64,000 nucleotides of DNA from NCBI GenBank assembly GCA_045863395.1, contig BTVJ01000012.1, positions 84,367 through 148,366 on the forward strand. Reading direction: 5' to 3'. The position numbers and the translations under genes were made by a program. The notes beneath the pieces are model-generated. The model did no database searches and had not been told where the DNA came from. It saw only the letters and a program-made list of their open reading frames with translations. Shown here piece after piece: positions 53,519 to 63,600 of this stretch. The DNA is from Myxococcales bacterium. GTDB taxonomy: Bacteria > Myxococcota_A > UBA9042 > JABWCM01 > BTVJ01. Position 1 is the first letter of the stretch, and every line of letters starts with the position of its first letter.

Positions 53519-54211
53519 ATGAGCCACGACCGCGCCGCCACACTGCGCGCCGAGCTGGAGGACCGCTACGACCTGCGCGACCGCACGGCGACGGTGGCCG
53601 GCCGGGAGCTGCGGCTGACCCAGGTGAGAGACATCGACGAGCTGCTCGACCGCATGGACGTCCTGGACGAGGACGAGCGGCTGCCGTACTGGGCTGAGCT
53701 GTGGCCCTCGGCGCTGGCGCTCGCCGAGCTGCTGCTCACCGAGCGGGTGGCGACGGGGCGCTCGTGCGTCGAGATCGGGTGCGGCCTCGGGCTCGTCGGG
53801 CTCGCGGCAGCCCTCTCCGGGGGGCGGGTCACGCTGACCGACTATGATGACGACGCGCTGCGCCTCGCCGAGCTGAACCTGCGCCAGAACGGCGTGACCG
53901 GCGCTGACTTCACGCACTTGGACTGGCGCACGCCGTCGCTGGGCCGCACCTTCGACGTGGTGCTGGCGGCGGACGTGCTCTACGAGCGGCGGAGCCTGGA
54001 GCCGGTCCTGGGCGCGGTCGAGACGCTGCTGTCCCCATCGGGCACCGCGTGGATCGCGGAGCCCCACCGCCAGGTTGCGCGGGCCTTCCTGGACGGCCTG
54101 GCGCACAGCCCCACGTTCAGCGTGCGACACCACGAGCGGTTCTTGAAGATCCCAGGTGACCAGGACTATGCGGTCGGGGTGTGGGAGCTGTCACTGAAGG
54201 GGCGAGCCTGA
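53519..54211 (+). CDS. Class I SAM methyltransferase (Methyltransf_16 / METTL21-like)
   Basis: PYWAELWPSALALA, VEIGCGLGLVG, TDYD, LDW, AADVLYE. Confidence 0.88.
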   Translation: MSHDRAATLRAELEDRYDLRDRTATVAGRELRLTQVRDIDELLDRMDVLDEDERLPYWAELWPSALALAELLLTERVATGRSCVEIGCGLGLVGLAAALSGGRVTLTDYDDDALRLAELNLRQNGVTGADFTHLDWRTPSLGRTFDVVLAADVLYERRSLEPVLGAVETLLSPSGTAWIAEPHRQVARAFLDGLAHSPTFSVRHHERFLKIPGDQDYAVGVWELSLKGRA

Positions 54212-54233
54212 CGTCCAAGGCAGGGGCGGACCG

Positions 54234-55850
54234 TCATCGCACCTGGCGCCGGCGCCGTGCGAGGGCCAGCAGCCACCACGCAGTCCCCCCGGACCCCGCA
54301 GCGCAGCCGCCGTCCGCGGACGTGGACTGCGACACCGAGGGACCACCGGCAGCCGGGAGCGTCTCGCCGCCCGCGGCGCCATCTGGACCACCGCCTGGGA
54401 CGTGGAAGCTGCCGGCGTCAGGCGCCGCTCCCCACCCGGGCGCGTCGACCCCACCCCGGGGTCCCGCGTCCGCGCCAGTGGCTCCGTCGCCCGCGGACGA
54501 GACGTCGCCGCCTCCAGCGCGCCCCGCTCCCGCGTCACCGCTGGCCCCCCCATCTCCCGCCGCCTGGGCGTCCGTCTCGCCCGCGACGTCGTCGCCGAGG
54601 ACCTCTGCCGGGTCCGTCGAGTCGGTCCACCCTCCCGCGTCCTGGGCGATGGGACCCGCATCCTCGATGGGCACAGGGTCCACCGCCGGGGGGTAGCGCG
54701 CCTCCACCTCGTCCCAGATGGCGTCGTCGCCCCCGTCGTAGCCCAACGCCCAGAAGCCGACGCCACCGAGCTGCTGCGCCACGGTGAAGTCCAGCTTCAG
54801 GGCGAGGCTCTCCGCGGTGTCCGCCCACACCTGGTGCCACCCGCCGCTCTCGTAGAGGTAGTAGGGGGTCTGGCTCGCCTCGTCCCACTTCCAGCCGTAG
54901 CCGGGGCCCGCCGCCTTCGCCTTGGTGTAGACCACCGCGGTCGCCTTCCCCTTGGTCTTGCCCGGGACCTCGGGCCCCTCGGAGGGCCAGTCGTAGCCAT
55001 ACAGCGGGAGACCCGCGATGAGGTGCGGCCGGATGTCCTCGCCCCCCCACTTCACATAGTCGTCGATGGTCCAGGGGAGGGTGTACTTGCCCCACACGCC
55101 CCCGCTGGACAGGGGGCAGAGCGGGCCCGGATTGCCCCCGCCCCAGTGGTAGCCGTAGGCCATGATGAAGGTGGCGTCGCAGGAGGCGGCGATCTGGTCA
55201 TAGTCGTAGGCGCCGCTCCAGTCCACGGCGGGGCCCGCGATGGAGACGTGCCCACCGCCGGGCACGGCGGCGTCCACGGCGGCCTTCAGCTCCTTCAGGA
55301 AGGTCACGAAGTCCGCCTTCCCGGCCTTCGGGACGAACTCGAAGTCGATGTTGATTCCGTCCGCGCCTTGCGCGGACATCATGCCGACCAGGCCGTCGAT
55401 GACCTTCTTGCGCATGGCCGCCGTGCCGATGAGGGTGCCTATCTGGGCCGAGTCGAAGTTGGTCGCGGTGAGCACCACCGCCACCCCGTTGGCGTGGGCC
55501 TCCGCGATGAGGGCGGTCGTGGACGGGTCCATGAACTTGTGGCTGTTGCCCAGGTCCCCGCTCGCCGTGATCTCCACCGCGAAGTAGGCGAGGTGGGTGA
55601 GCAGATCCCACCGGAAGGCGTCGTAATCGAGCTGCCAGTACGGCAGATACCCGAAGACGTAGTGCGGCTGCTTCATCGCCCTTGGCTGGAGCGGGCCGCG
55701 CGGAGCTCGCATCGGGCGGTAGGGCACGGGGAGGTCCCGGTGCGCGAGCCACAGGGCCTCGTGGGGCTTCGGGACGACGCCCGCAGGGCTCTGCGGAGTG
55801 CCCGCGAGAGCGACGGCGGGGGCAAGGACTAGCAGGGCGAGCAGGCGCAT
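54234..55850 (-). CDS. Glycoside hydrolase family 18 with MYXO-CTERM-like tail
   Basis: DGINIDFE catalytic motif, IMAYGY, GLPLYGYDW, GGVGFWALGYD. Signal peptide; C-terminal GGC...RRRR. Confidence 0.9.
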   Translation of the reverse strand: MRLLALLVLAPAVALAGTPQSPAGVVPKPHEALWLAHRDLPVPYRPMRAPRGPLQPRAMKQPHYVFGYLPYWQLDYDAFRWDLLTHLAYFAVEITASGDLGNSHKFMDPSTTALIAEAHANGVAVVLTATNFDSAQIGTLIGTAAMRKKVIDGLVGMMSAQGADGINIDFEFVPKAGKADFVTFLKELKAAVDAAVPGGGHVSIAGPAVDWSGAYDYDQIAASCDATFIMAYGYHWGGGNPGPLCPLSSGGVWGKYTLPWTIDDYVKWGGEDIRPHLIAGLPLYGYDWPSEGPEVPGKTKGKATAVVYTKAKAAGPGYGWKWDEASQTPYYLYESGGWHQVWADTAESLALKLDFTVAQQLGGVGFWALGYDGGDDAIWDEVEARYPPAVDPVPIEDAGPIAQDAGGWTDSTDPAEVLGDDVAGETDAQAAGDGGASGDAGAGRAGGGDVSSAGDGATGADAGPRGGVDAPGWGAAPDAGSFHVPGGGPDGAAGGETLPAAGGPSVSQSTSADGGCAAGSGGTAWWLLALARRRRQVR

Positions 55851-55898
55851 GGGGTTCCCTCCGGTGCCGGGAGGATACCAGAGCGCCAACCGTCGCGC

Positions 55899-57350
55899 CT
55901 ACTCCGGCGGCGGGACCGCTACGAACAGGTTGCTGTTGCCGCGCTGGAGCAGGAGCACGATCTCCCGGTCCTTGGGGGCCCCCTCGACCGCGTCCTCCAC
56001 GTCCTTGGGCGTGGCCACCGGGGTCCGGTCCACCTTCAGCAGGAGGTCGCCGGGTCGCACCCCCGCACGCGCCGCGGGCCCCCGGCCGTCCACGTCGACC
56101 ACGCGCACGCCCTCTCCCAGGGACGGGGGAACCGCCTCCACCGTGATCCCGAGCCGGCCCTGGGCTCTGGGCTCCCGGGGGGGCTCCTGCCCCCGAGCCA
56201 GCGCCTTCTCGTCGCCGCGGGTGCCGAGCTCGACGCTCAGCTCCTTGCGCGCGCCGTCGCGGAGCAGGGTCACCCGCGCCTTGGACTGGGGCTTCGCGCG
56301 GCCGACGAGGCGCGTCAGCTCCGCGCCGTCACCCACCGCCTGCCCCTCGAAGGCGACGATGACGTCTCCCAGGCGCACGCCGGCTCGCTCTGCCGGCCCG
56401 CCCGGGAAGACCTGGGAGACCACGGCCCCCTTCTGGTCGTCGAGGCCCATGCCCCGGGCCAGCTCCTTCGTGAGGGGCTGGATGCCGACGCCAAGCCACC
56501 CGCGGGACACCTTCCCGTCGGTGGCCAGCCGGGCGACGACGTCCTTGACGACGTTGATGGGGACGGCGAAGCCGATGCCGCTCGCGTGGCGGATGATCGC
56601 CGTATTCACGCCCACGACGGAGCCTCGCAGATCGAAGAGGGGACCGCCCGAGTTGCCCGGGTTGATCGAGGCGTCGGTCTGAATGAAGTCGTCGTAGGGG
56701 CCCGCGCCGATGACCCGGGCCTTGGCGCTGACGATGCCCGAGGTCACCGTGTGCTGGAGCCCGAAGGGGTTCCCGATCGCAACGACCTGATCCCCCACCC
56801 GCAGGGCGTCGGAGTCTCCAACGAGCACGTGCGGGAGTGGGCGCCTCGCGTCCACCTTGAGCAGCGCGATGTCCGTCGCCGGGTCGGTGCCCACCAGCGT
56901 CGCGGGGAGCTCCTCCCCGCTCGACAGCTTGACCTTGATCTCCGAGGCCTCGTCCACCACGTGGCTGTTGGTGACCACGAAGCCGTCGGCGCTCAGGAGG
57001 AAGCCCGAGCCGAGCGCCTCACGCTCCGAATCACCAGGGTCCATGGGCGGCGCAAAGCGCCGGAAGAACTCCTCGAAGTCGTCACGCCCGCGAAAACCGG
57101 GAGGGAGCATCCCCCGCTGCCCCCACCCTCTCACCTTCTGGGTCGTATAGACGTTGACGACCGTCGGCTCCAGCTTCTCGACGAGGGGCGCCAGGCTCCC
57201 CGCCGGGGCGAGCTGCGCCAGGGGCTCGGCGGGACCCATCTCTGTCCAGACCTCGCCCCGGGAGTCTCCCCGCGCTCCAGCCCCGATGACGGTGACCAGC
57301 ACCGCGGCGCCGCTCAGGACCACCGGCGCCCACCACCACCTCCGTGCCAT
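55899..57350 (-). CDS. Do/DegQ family (HtrA) serine endopeptidase with two PDZ domains
   Basis: LGSGF, VTNSHVV, TDIALL, IGNPFG, QTDASINPGNSGGPL. Confidence 0.95.
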   Translation of the reverse strand: MARRWWWAPVVLSGAAVLVTVIGAGARGDSRGEVWTEMGPAEPLAQLAPAGSLAPLVEKLEPTVVNVYTTQKVRGWGQRGMLPPGFRGRDDFEEFFRRFAPPMDPGDSEREALGSGFLLSADGFVVTNSHVVDEASEIKVKLSSGEELPATLVGTDPATDIALLKVDARRPLPHVLVGDSDALRVGDQVVAIGNPFGLQHTVTSGIVSAKARVIGAGPYDDFIQTDASINPGNSGGPLFDLRGSVVGVNTAIIRHASGIGFAVPINVVKDVVARLATDGKVSRGWLGVGIQPLTKELARGMGLDDQKGAVVSQVFPGGPAERAGVRLGDVIVAFEGQAVGDGAELTRLVGRAKPQSKARVTLLRDGARKELSVELGTRGDEKALARGQEPPREPRAQGRLGITVEAVPPSLGEGVRVVDVDGRGPAARAGVRPGDLLLKVDRTPVATPKDVEDAVEGAPKDREIVLLLQRGNSNLFVAVPPPE

Positions 57351-57746
57351 CTCAACCCTCCAGACCGCTCGGCGCCCAGCGGGCGCCGTGCGTGCAGTGT
57401 CGGTGTGTTGATCCCCGCGCCCCGATGCTCCGGGGACGGGCGCCTGGGGCGCCCACGCCGCTAGAACTTCGCTTGACTGCGGGCGATTCCCCTTCCCACG
57501 GGCCTGGTGACGCGGAGGTCGCGCGGCGCACTTCGGCGACGGGGGCACGGACGCCGGCCCGGTCTCCGAGCGCACCCGCTTCGACGAGGGGCGGACGCCC
57601 AACCTCGGGCTCGCCGTGTCGGTCCCTCACACCGGAGCACCAACGGGTCGCCGGGGCCCGGCAGGGGATTCGAAGGGCTCCAGAGGCCCTATGGACAGGT
57701 GCGGCGAGGCTGCGTACCATGGCCGCGGCTTCACCCGGGGAGCACC

Positions 57747-58514
57747 ATGCCTCAGGATCAGCGAGCGGGGACCATCGAGCGCCTGGAGGCGGACAATGCG
57801 CGCCTGCGCGAGCAGCTCGACGGGATCCGCCACGAGTTCGACGAGTTCCTCTACGTCGTGTCCCACGACCTGAAGGAGCCGCTGCGGACCATCAAGTCCT
57901 TCAGCACGCTGATCCTCCGTGATGGCGACGCCGACGTGCCCGAGACGACCCGCCGCTACCTGGGGGTCATCGACGACGGGGCGCGGCGGCTGGAGCACCT
58001 GCTCGACGACCTGCTCGCGTTGTCGCGGGTCGGGCGAAAGTCTCCCCCCTCCGAGGACATGAGCCTCGACGAGCTGCTGGACGAGGCGCAGGTGGCGCTC
58101 ACCCGGCTCATCACCGAGCGCGACGCCGTCATCAACTTCACCGGACCGCGCCCTACCGTGTGCTGCGCCCGGGAGGAGATCGCGTGGGTGCTGCGGGAGC
58201 TCCTCGAGAACGCCATCAAGTTCAACAAGACCACCCCGCCCGAGGTCCACGTCTCCGTCGAGGACCGAGGTGACGCCTGGGAGGTGTCCGTCCGTGACAA
58301 CGGCATCGGCGTCGACCCCAAGTACGCAGACAAGCTGTTCCGCCTGTTCTACCGGAACGTCCGCCGAGAGGACTACGAGGGCACGGGCGCGGGGCTGACC
58401 ATCTGCAAGCGCATGGTGGAGCGCCACGGCGGCCGCATCTGGCTTCGCGACGGGCAGGAAGGGGTCGGCTCCACCTTCGCGTTCACGCTGCCGAAGCGCT
58501 CGCCGCTGAGCTGA
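57747..58514 (+). CDS. Histidine kinase (HisKA + HATPase) lacking a sensor domain
   Basis: VSHDLKEPLR H-box, LLENAIKF, VRDNGIG, GTGAGL, GSTFAF. Confidence 0.88.
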   Translation: MPQDQRAGTIERLEADNARLREQLDGIRHEFDEFLYVVSHDLKEPLRTIKSFSTLILRDGDADVPETTRRYLGVIDDGARRLEHLLDDLLALSRVGRKSPPSEDMSLDELLDEAQVALTRLITERDAVINFTGPRPTVCCAREEIAWVLRELLENAIKFNKTTPPEVHVSVEDRGDAWEVSVRDNGIGVDPKYADKLFRLFYRNVRREDYEGTGAGLTICKRMVERHGGRIWLRDGQEGVGSTFAFTLPKRSPLS

Positions 58515-58550
58515 GGCGCCCGGCCGTGCCTCCGACCCGGGGTCCGGCGC

Positions 58551-60224
58551 TCACCGCGCCCCTCCCCGCTTGCCCCCCTGCTTCGCGTCCAGCTTGTAGC
58601 TCAGGAAGATGTGGCTCTCCGGGTGGAGCGGCGCCGCCACGTCCAGGTGCATGCCGCCCGCCTTGAGCACGTAGCCCGCCCCGTCGCCGCTGGAGATGGG
58701 GATCTCCCGCCCGTTGAGGAACACCTTGAAGGTGTTGAAGATGGGGACCCCCGTGATCGGGATGCGCACCGAGCGGTTGATGGCGCGCCACGCCAGGGCC
58801 TCGAAGGTGCGCCTCTCCACCTCCCCCGTCCAGGCGAACTGCGCGTCGGCGCCGTCCACCAGGAGGCCGGGGCGGCTGGTGATCGCGACGTGGAAGGCGT
58901 TGGAGCGCCACGGGGTCGGCGAGCCCGACGACATGAACAGATCCACCTCGGCCTTCTGGAACGGCGCACGGAACGCGGCCATCGCCTCGTCGAGGGCCTG
59001 CTTGTCCGGCGCGCTCACGTCCGGCACCCACCGCACGTCGATGCGGGGCGCAGGCCGAGGGCCGACGACCTCGTCCGCTGCCCAGCCCTGGCATGGGCGG
59101 ACCCCGTCGGACGGCATGTCGGCGGTCCCGGTGCGTGGGCGCGTCGCCTCGGGGCACATCTGCGCCAGCACGTGGAGCGGGTTGAAGGGGAAGTACCAGG
59201 CCTCGACGGGGCGCCCCGAGGGGTCGTAGGCCTCCGTGGCCAGGCGGATGCGCCGCTCGAACGGGTCGTAGGACCAGAGCGTGTCCTCCAGGCGGCTCTC
59301 GCCGGCCAGGACCTCCAAGTAGCCGCTGATGGTGGGTGGCTCCGACAGGAGGTGCCGGTCGAGGCGCCACGCGGCCCCCTCCGCCGCCTGCTTGAGGAGG
59401 CGCCCGCTCCCGGCGCTCTCGGCAGGGAGCATGAGGTCGCCCGGGTGCACGGCGAGGGGCCGCAGGGCCTCGCAGGTGGATCGCCCGCACAGCACGTAGG
59501 CACCCCACCCGGAGTGCTGCACCGTCTCGTCGAGGGTCCGCGCCAGCCGCGCCGCGTCGCCCGTCGTGGCGCCGTCCATGGCGACCACCACCAGCGCGAC
59601 GAAGCTGTCGGGGCGCAGCAGCTCGGAGATGGGCAGGCCCCCGCGCGCCTCGCGCACGTAGGTCTTCGGGTCCGTCGGCGTGAACAGCCGGCGCACCTCG
59701 TCGAGGCCCCCCGATGGCTCGGGCTTGCGGCCCGCGGACGAGACGCCCAGGCGGAGGCGGTCGAAGAAGCCGTGCTCCGTCTGGTCGACGTGCGCGACCG
59801 CGACAGGCTTGCCGTCCTCGACGATCTCTCCTGCGGGCACGAGGACGAAGCGGGCGTTCATTTGGCGGGAGCGGAGCACGGCGGCCAGGCCCCCGACCTC
59901 CGAAGTGAAGGTCACTGCGGCAGGGCTCCCGCCCAGGAGCACGACCACGAAGTCGATGGGGCGCTGGCTCGGGTCGCGGCCCGGGAAGACGTCCTCGACC
60001 TCGCCGATGCAGCGGCGCCAGGCCTTGACGTCGTCCTCCTGGCACACGGAGCGGCCGTAGGCGTCGCCGAAGATCACCGTGAGGCCGGGGGTCCTGCGGT
60101 CCGCCTCGATGGTCTGGCCGGTGAAGTCGTAGAACTTGCTGCGAGACGGCGCCTTCTGTGCCGCAGCGGGCGCGGCGAGGACGAGCGTCAGCACGAGCGC
60201 TATGGGTATGGAGCGGCGAGCCAC
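58551..60224 (-). CDS. Secreted hypothetical protein: CglF-like N-terminal motif, degenerate vWA-like region and two beta-rich repeats
   Basis: Signal peptide ending AAAQ; KFYDFTGQTIEADRRTP; IDFVVVL...LRPDSFVALVVV. GTG start inferred. Confidence 0.65.
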   Translation of the reverse strand: MARRSIPIALVLTLVLAAPAAAQKAPSRSKFYDFTGQTIEADRRTPGLTVIFGDAYGRSVCQEDDVKAWRRCIGEVEDVFPGRDPSQRPIDFVVVLLGGSPAAVTFTSEVGGLAAVLRSRQMNARFVLVPAGEIVEDGKPVAVAHVDQTEHGFFDRLRLGVSSAGRKPEPSGGLDEVRRLFTPTDPKTYVREARGGLPISELLRPDSFVALVVVAMDGATTGDAARLARTLDETVQHSGWGAYVLCGRSTCEALRPLAVHPGDLMLPAESAGSGRLLKQAAEGAAWRLDRHLLSEPPTISGYLEVLAGESRLEDTLWSYDPFERRIRLATEAYDPSGRPVEAWYFPFNPLHVLAQMCPEATRPRTGTADMPSDGVRPCQGWAADEVVGPRPAPRIDVRWVPDVSAPDKQALDEAMAAFRAPFQKAEVDLFMSSGSPTPWRSNAFHVAITSRPGLLVDGADAQFAWTGEVERRTFEALAWRAINRSVRIPITGVPIFNTFKVFLNGREIPISSGDGAGYVLKAGGMHLDVAAPLHPESHIFLSYKLDAKQGGKRGGAR

Positions 60225-60354
60225 GCGGGAAGGATGAAGGTGTCCGCCGGTCGAGTCAAACACGCGCGCACCAAAAGCTAGGGCGGCCGGCCTGCCGCGG
60301 GATCTGCCTCCCGGAACGAGCACGGCGCTCTGATGAGGCGCGCGACGGAGAGCG

Positions 60355-60430
60355 TGGTGCCCAGGGGCGGAATCGAACCACCGACACGGGGATTTTCAGT
60401 CCCCTGCTCTACCGACTGAGCTACCTGGGC
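60355..60430 (-). tRNA. tRNA-Phe (GAA)
   Basis: GCCCAGGTAGCTCAGTCGGTAGAGCAGGGGACTGAAAATCCCCGTGTCGGTGGTTCGATTCCGCCCCTGGGCACCA: 76 nt, cloverleaf, encoded CCA. Confidence 0.98.
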
Positions 60431-60450
60431 GTGTCGGACAAGCGGCGGGG

Positions 60451-60479
60451 ATTCTGCGTTGCGACGCTCCCGAAGTCAA
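60451..60479 (-). promoter_or_regulatory. Sigma70 promoter of tRNA-Phe
   Basis: TTGACT-N17-CAGAAT. Confidence 0.6.
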
Positions 60480-60612
60480 GACGTGAAAAGCACCCGCGCG
60501 GGAAAAAAGTGCTGGAAGCATGGGGCACGGCGGGTAGAATGAGCCGGTCGCCCCCGCGCAAGACATCCAAGGAAGCGTAACCGTTTCCAGCTCGTGCCCT
60601 CAGGAGCCTCCC

Positions 60613-63600
60613 ATGACCGTTCGCAGCCGCCTCGCCATCGCGCTCAGCGCCGCCACGCTCGTCGCTTGCAGCGACGACTCGGTGACCAGCTACAACCCCG
60701 AGGACCTGAGCGTGGACACGGGCGTGTCAGCGCTGGTCGTGTCGCCGGGCATGCCCTTCGACGTCACGTGCACGGTGAGCCACAACGCAGACGGCGTCGT
60801 CGAGCTGCCCACGGTGGTCCTGGTAACGCCAGAGGCCTCGGTGGCCATCGCCGATCACCGGGTCACGCCGAACAAGGTGGGCACCCTGAGCGTGGCATGC
60901 GCGCTGGCCGACTTCCCCCAGGTCTACGACCCGACGCCAGAGTCGGTGCTGGTCACGCAGAACGCGGCCGCCGGCGTCGAGACGGTGCTGGAGCCCTCGA
61001 AGATCGGGGCAGGCAGCGTGTCCGACGTGCGTTGCCAGCCGTTCAACCAGCAGGGCGCCAAGGTGGAGGCCCCGACGACCGTGGCAGTCTCGCCGACCGA
61101 GGGCATCGTGCTCGACGACCACGCGATCACCGGCGAGAAGGTGGGCAGCTACGAGGTGACGTGCTCCCTCACCGACGCTCCGACCATCCGCGACTCGACG
61201 CCGGCGCTCCTGACGGTCATCCCCGGCGCCCCTGCCAAGGTGACGACCAAGCTCGAGGGCGAGAGCGTCCCGGCGGGCGGCACGGTGGGCATCACCTGCC
61301 TCGTGGAGGACGCCTACGGCAACCCGATCACCGACGCGGCCACCAGCGCGACGACCTCGCCCGCCGAGGGTGTGACCATCTCTGAGAAGACGCTCTCGGC
61401 AGGGAAGGCGGGCACGTACGAGATCACCTGTCACGTAGCGGGTAAAGAGGACGCAGCCGAGGTCCCCGCGACCCTCGTCGTCGAAGGGGGCAAGCCCGTG
61501 GCCGTGGACCTGGTGGTGGATCCTGTCAAGCAGGGCTACGCCGTCGGGGACGTCGCCAAGTTCTCGTACACCGTCACCGACGCGTTCGGCAACGCCCTCG
61601 ACGTCCCGGCGACCTTCAGCGCGCCGTCGAGCGGCGTCGCGAAGAAGGCGGAGCTGACCTACGAGCTCACCGGCGAGGGGGCCCACACGTTCACCGTGAC
61701 CCTGGACCCGCCGAACCAGGCGATCAGCGACAGCGAGACCCTCATGGTGGACGCGACGCCGCCGACCCTGATCATCACCTGGCCGCCGCGGGGGCAGACC
61801 CTGACCGGCGACCAGACGGTGACCGTCACGGGCGAGGTGCATGACGCGGTCGCGGGCGTCAAGCAGGTCAACGTCAACGGGGGCCTCGTGACCCCGGCTG
61901 CGGACGGCACCTTCTCGTTCCAGATCAAGTCGGCGCACGGCCTGAACCCCGTGCTGGCCGAGGCGACGGACAAGGCCGGCAACTACGCCAAGGCGACGGT
62001 CGCGTACTACTTCTCTTCGGACTACATGCCCTTCGAGGGCGTGGAGCCACCGGCCGTGGCCCTGGACGACTCGCTGCGCATGTTCCTGAGCCAGGACATC
62101 ATCGACGACGGCGTGCACGACCCGGCCCACGTGGACGACCTGGCGACGCTGGTGGAGATCCTGATCGCCAACGTGGACCTGACCCAGCTCGGCATCGGGC
62201 AGGTGTTCCAGCAGTCCTTCCCGGTGATCAACCAGCCGCTCGGGAGCTTCAACATCCCGATCATCAACCAGCAGGTGAACCTGGCGCTCACGGGGACCGC
62301 CATCGTGACTGTGACCATCAGCAAGGTGGAGCTGTCGTCGAAGCCCACGATCAGCCTCACGAGCGTCGACGGGGGCATCTTCTTCGAGGGGCAGCTCCCG
62401 CAGGTAGCGGGCAAGCCGGGCCTGAGCCTGACGCTGACCGTCTCCATCGCCCTCGACATGTTCGTGGGCGGGCAGACGGCCCTCGGGCCCATCGGCGGGG
62501 CGCTGGCGCCGCAGGTGCTGACCGACACGACCATGGCCATCGCAGACGTGCAGTTCTCGACGACCATCAAGATCGCCAAGCAGCCCGGGCAGGAGCTCCA
62601 GGTCAAGACGACCGGCATCGTGCCCAAGATGAGCGGCCTGTCGATCAAGCCGCTTCAGAACACCTACGTGGACCTCGGCGACCTGGTCGTCCAGATCCCC
62701 GTGCTCGGCAACGTGGTGTCCATCCCCATGGGGACCATCCCCCTGGACAGCCTCGTGGGGCCCCTCGGCGACCTGATCGGCAACTTCGCATCGCCGCTCC
62801 TCGACGCCCTGGTGCCGCTGCTCGCCACCTTCCTCGGGCCGGTGCTCGACGGGCCCGCCTCGGACGCCATCAAGTCGGTGCTGGAGTCTGTGGAGATCGA
62901 CCAGGACATCGACCTCCCCGCGCTGCTCGGCAATGGCGGCGCGACCATGAAGCTGCTCGCGTCGTTGTCCACGGTGCTCTTCAAGCCGTCCGGCGGCACG
63001 CTGGGGCTGCGGACCGGCGCCTGGTCCGAGAAGGCCGTGGACTACGACCCGCTCGGCTCGCTGCTGCGCGACGCCTGCATGGGAGCCGAGACGGGCGACT
63101 TCACGTTCTCGGAGCAGACCCCCATGTCCGTGGCCCTGCACATGGACCTGCTCAACGAGCTGGTGCACGCCGTGTGGTGGAACGGCTTCTTCGACATGGC
63201 CGCCGGCCCCGAGGAGCTCGCCGAGCTGTCCGAGGAGGTCGCCAAGTACGGCGTCCAGGACCTCGCCCTCACCTTCCTGCTGCCCCCGGTGCTCACGGAC
63301 TGCAACGCCAAGGGCCTGCTGCGGCTCCAGATTGGCGACGGCTTCGTGCAGGTGAAGATGAACTTCCTCGGCCTCGACGTGGAGGCCGAGATGTTCGTGA
63401 CGATGGAGCTCGACGCCAACATCAAGGCGTCGGGCAATGAGGTGGGCATCACGGTCAACGGCGTGACCCTGTTCCAGGTGCACATCGTGAAGGTGAGCGA
63501 CACCTTCAAGGGCAACGAGGCGGCCCTCGAGGACGCCATCAAGGCCCTGCTCCTGCCGCAGATCGAGAAGCTGGCGGGCGACTCCCTGGGTGCGTTCCCC

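Noticed and set aside
57747..60430. Genomic island integrated at tRNA-Phe
   Set aside because: No integrase, and no duplicated tRNA 3' end was seen.
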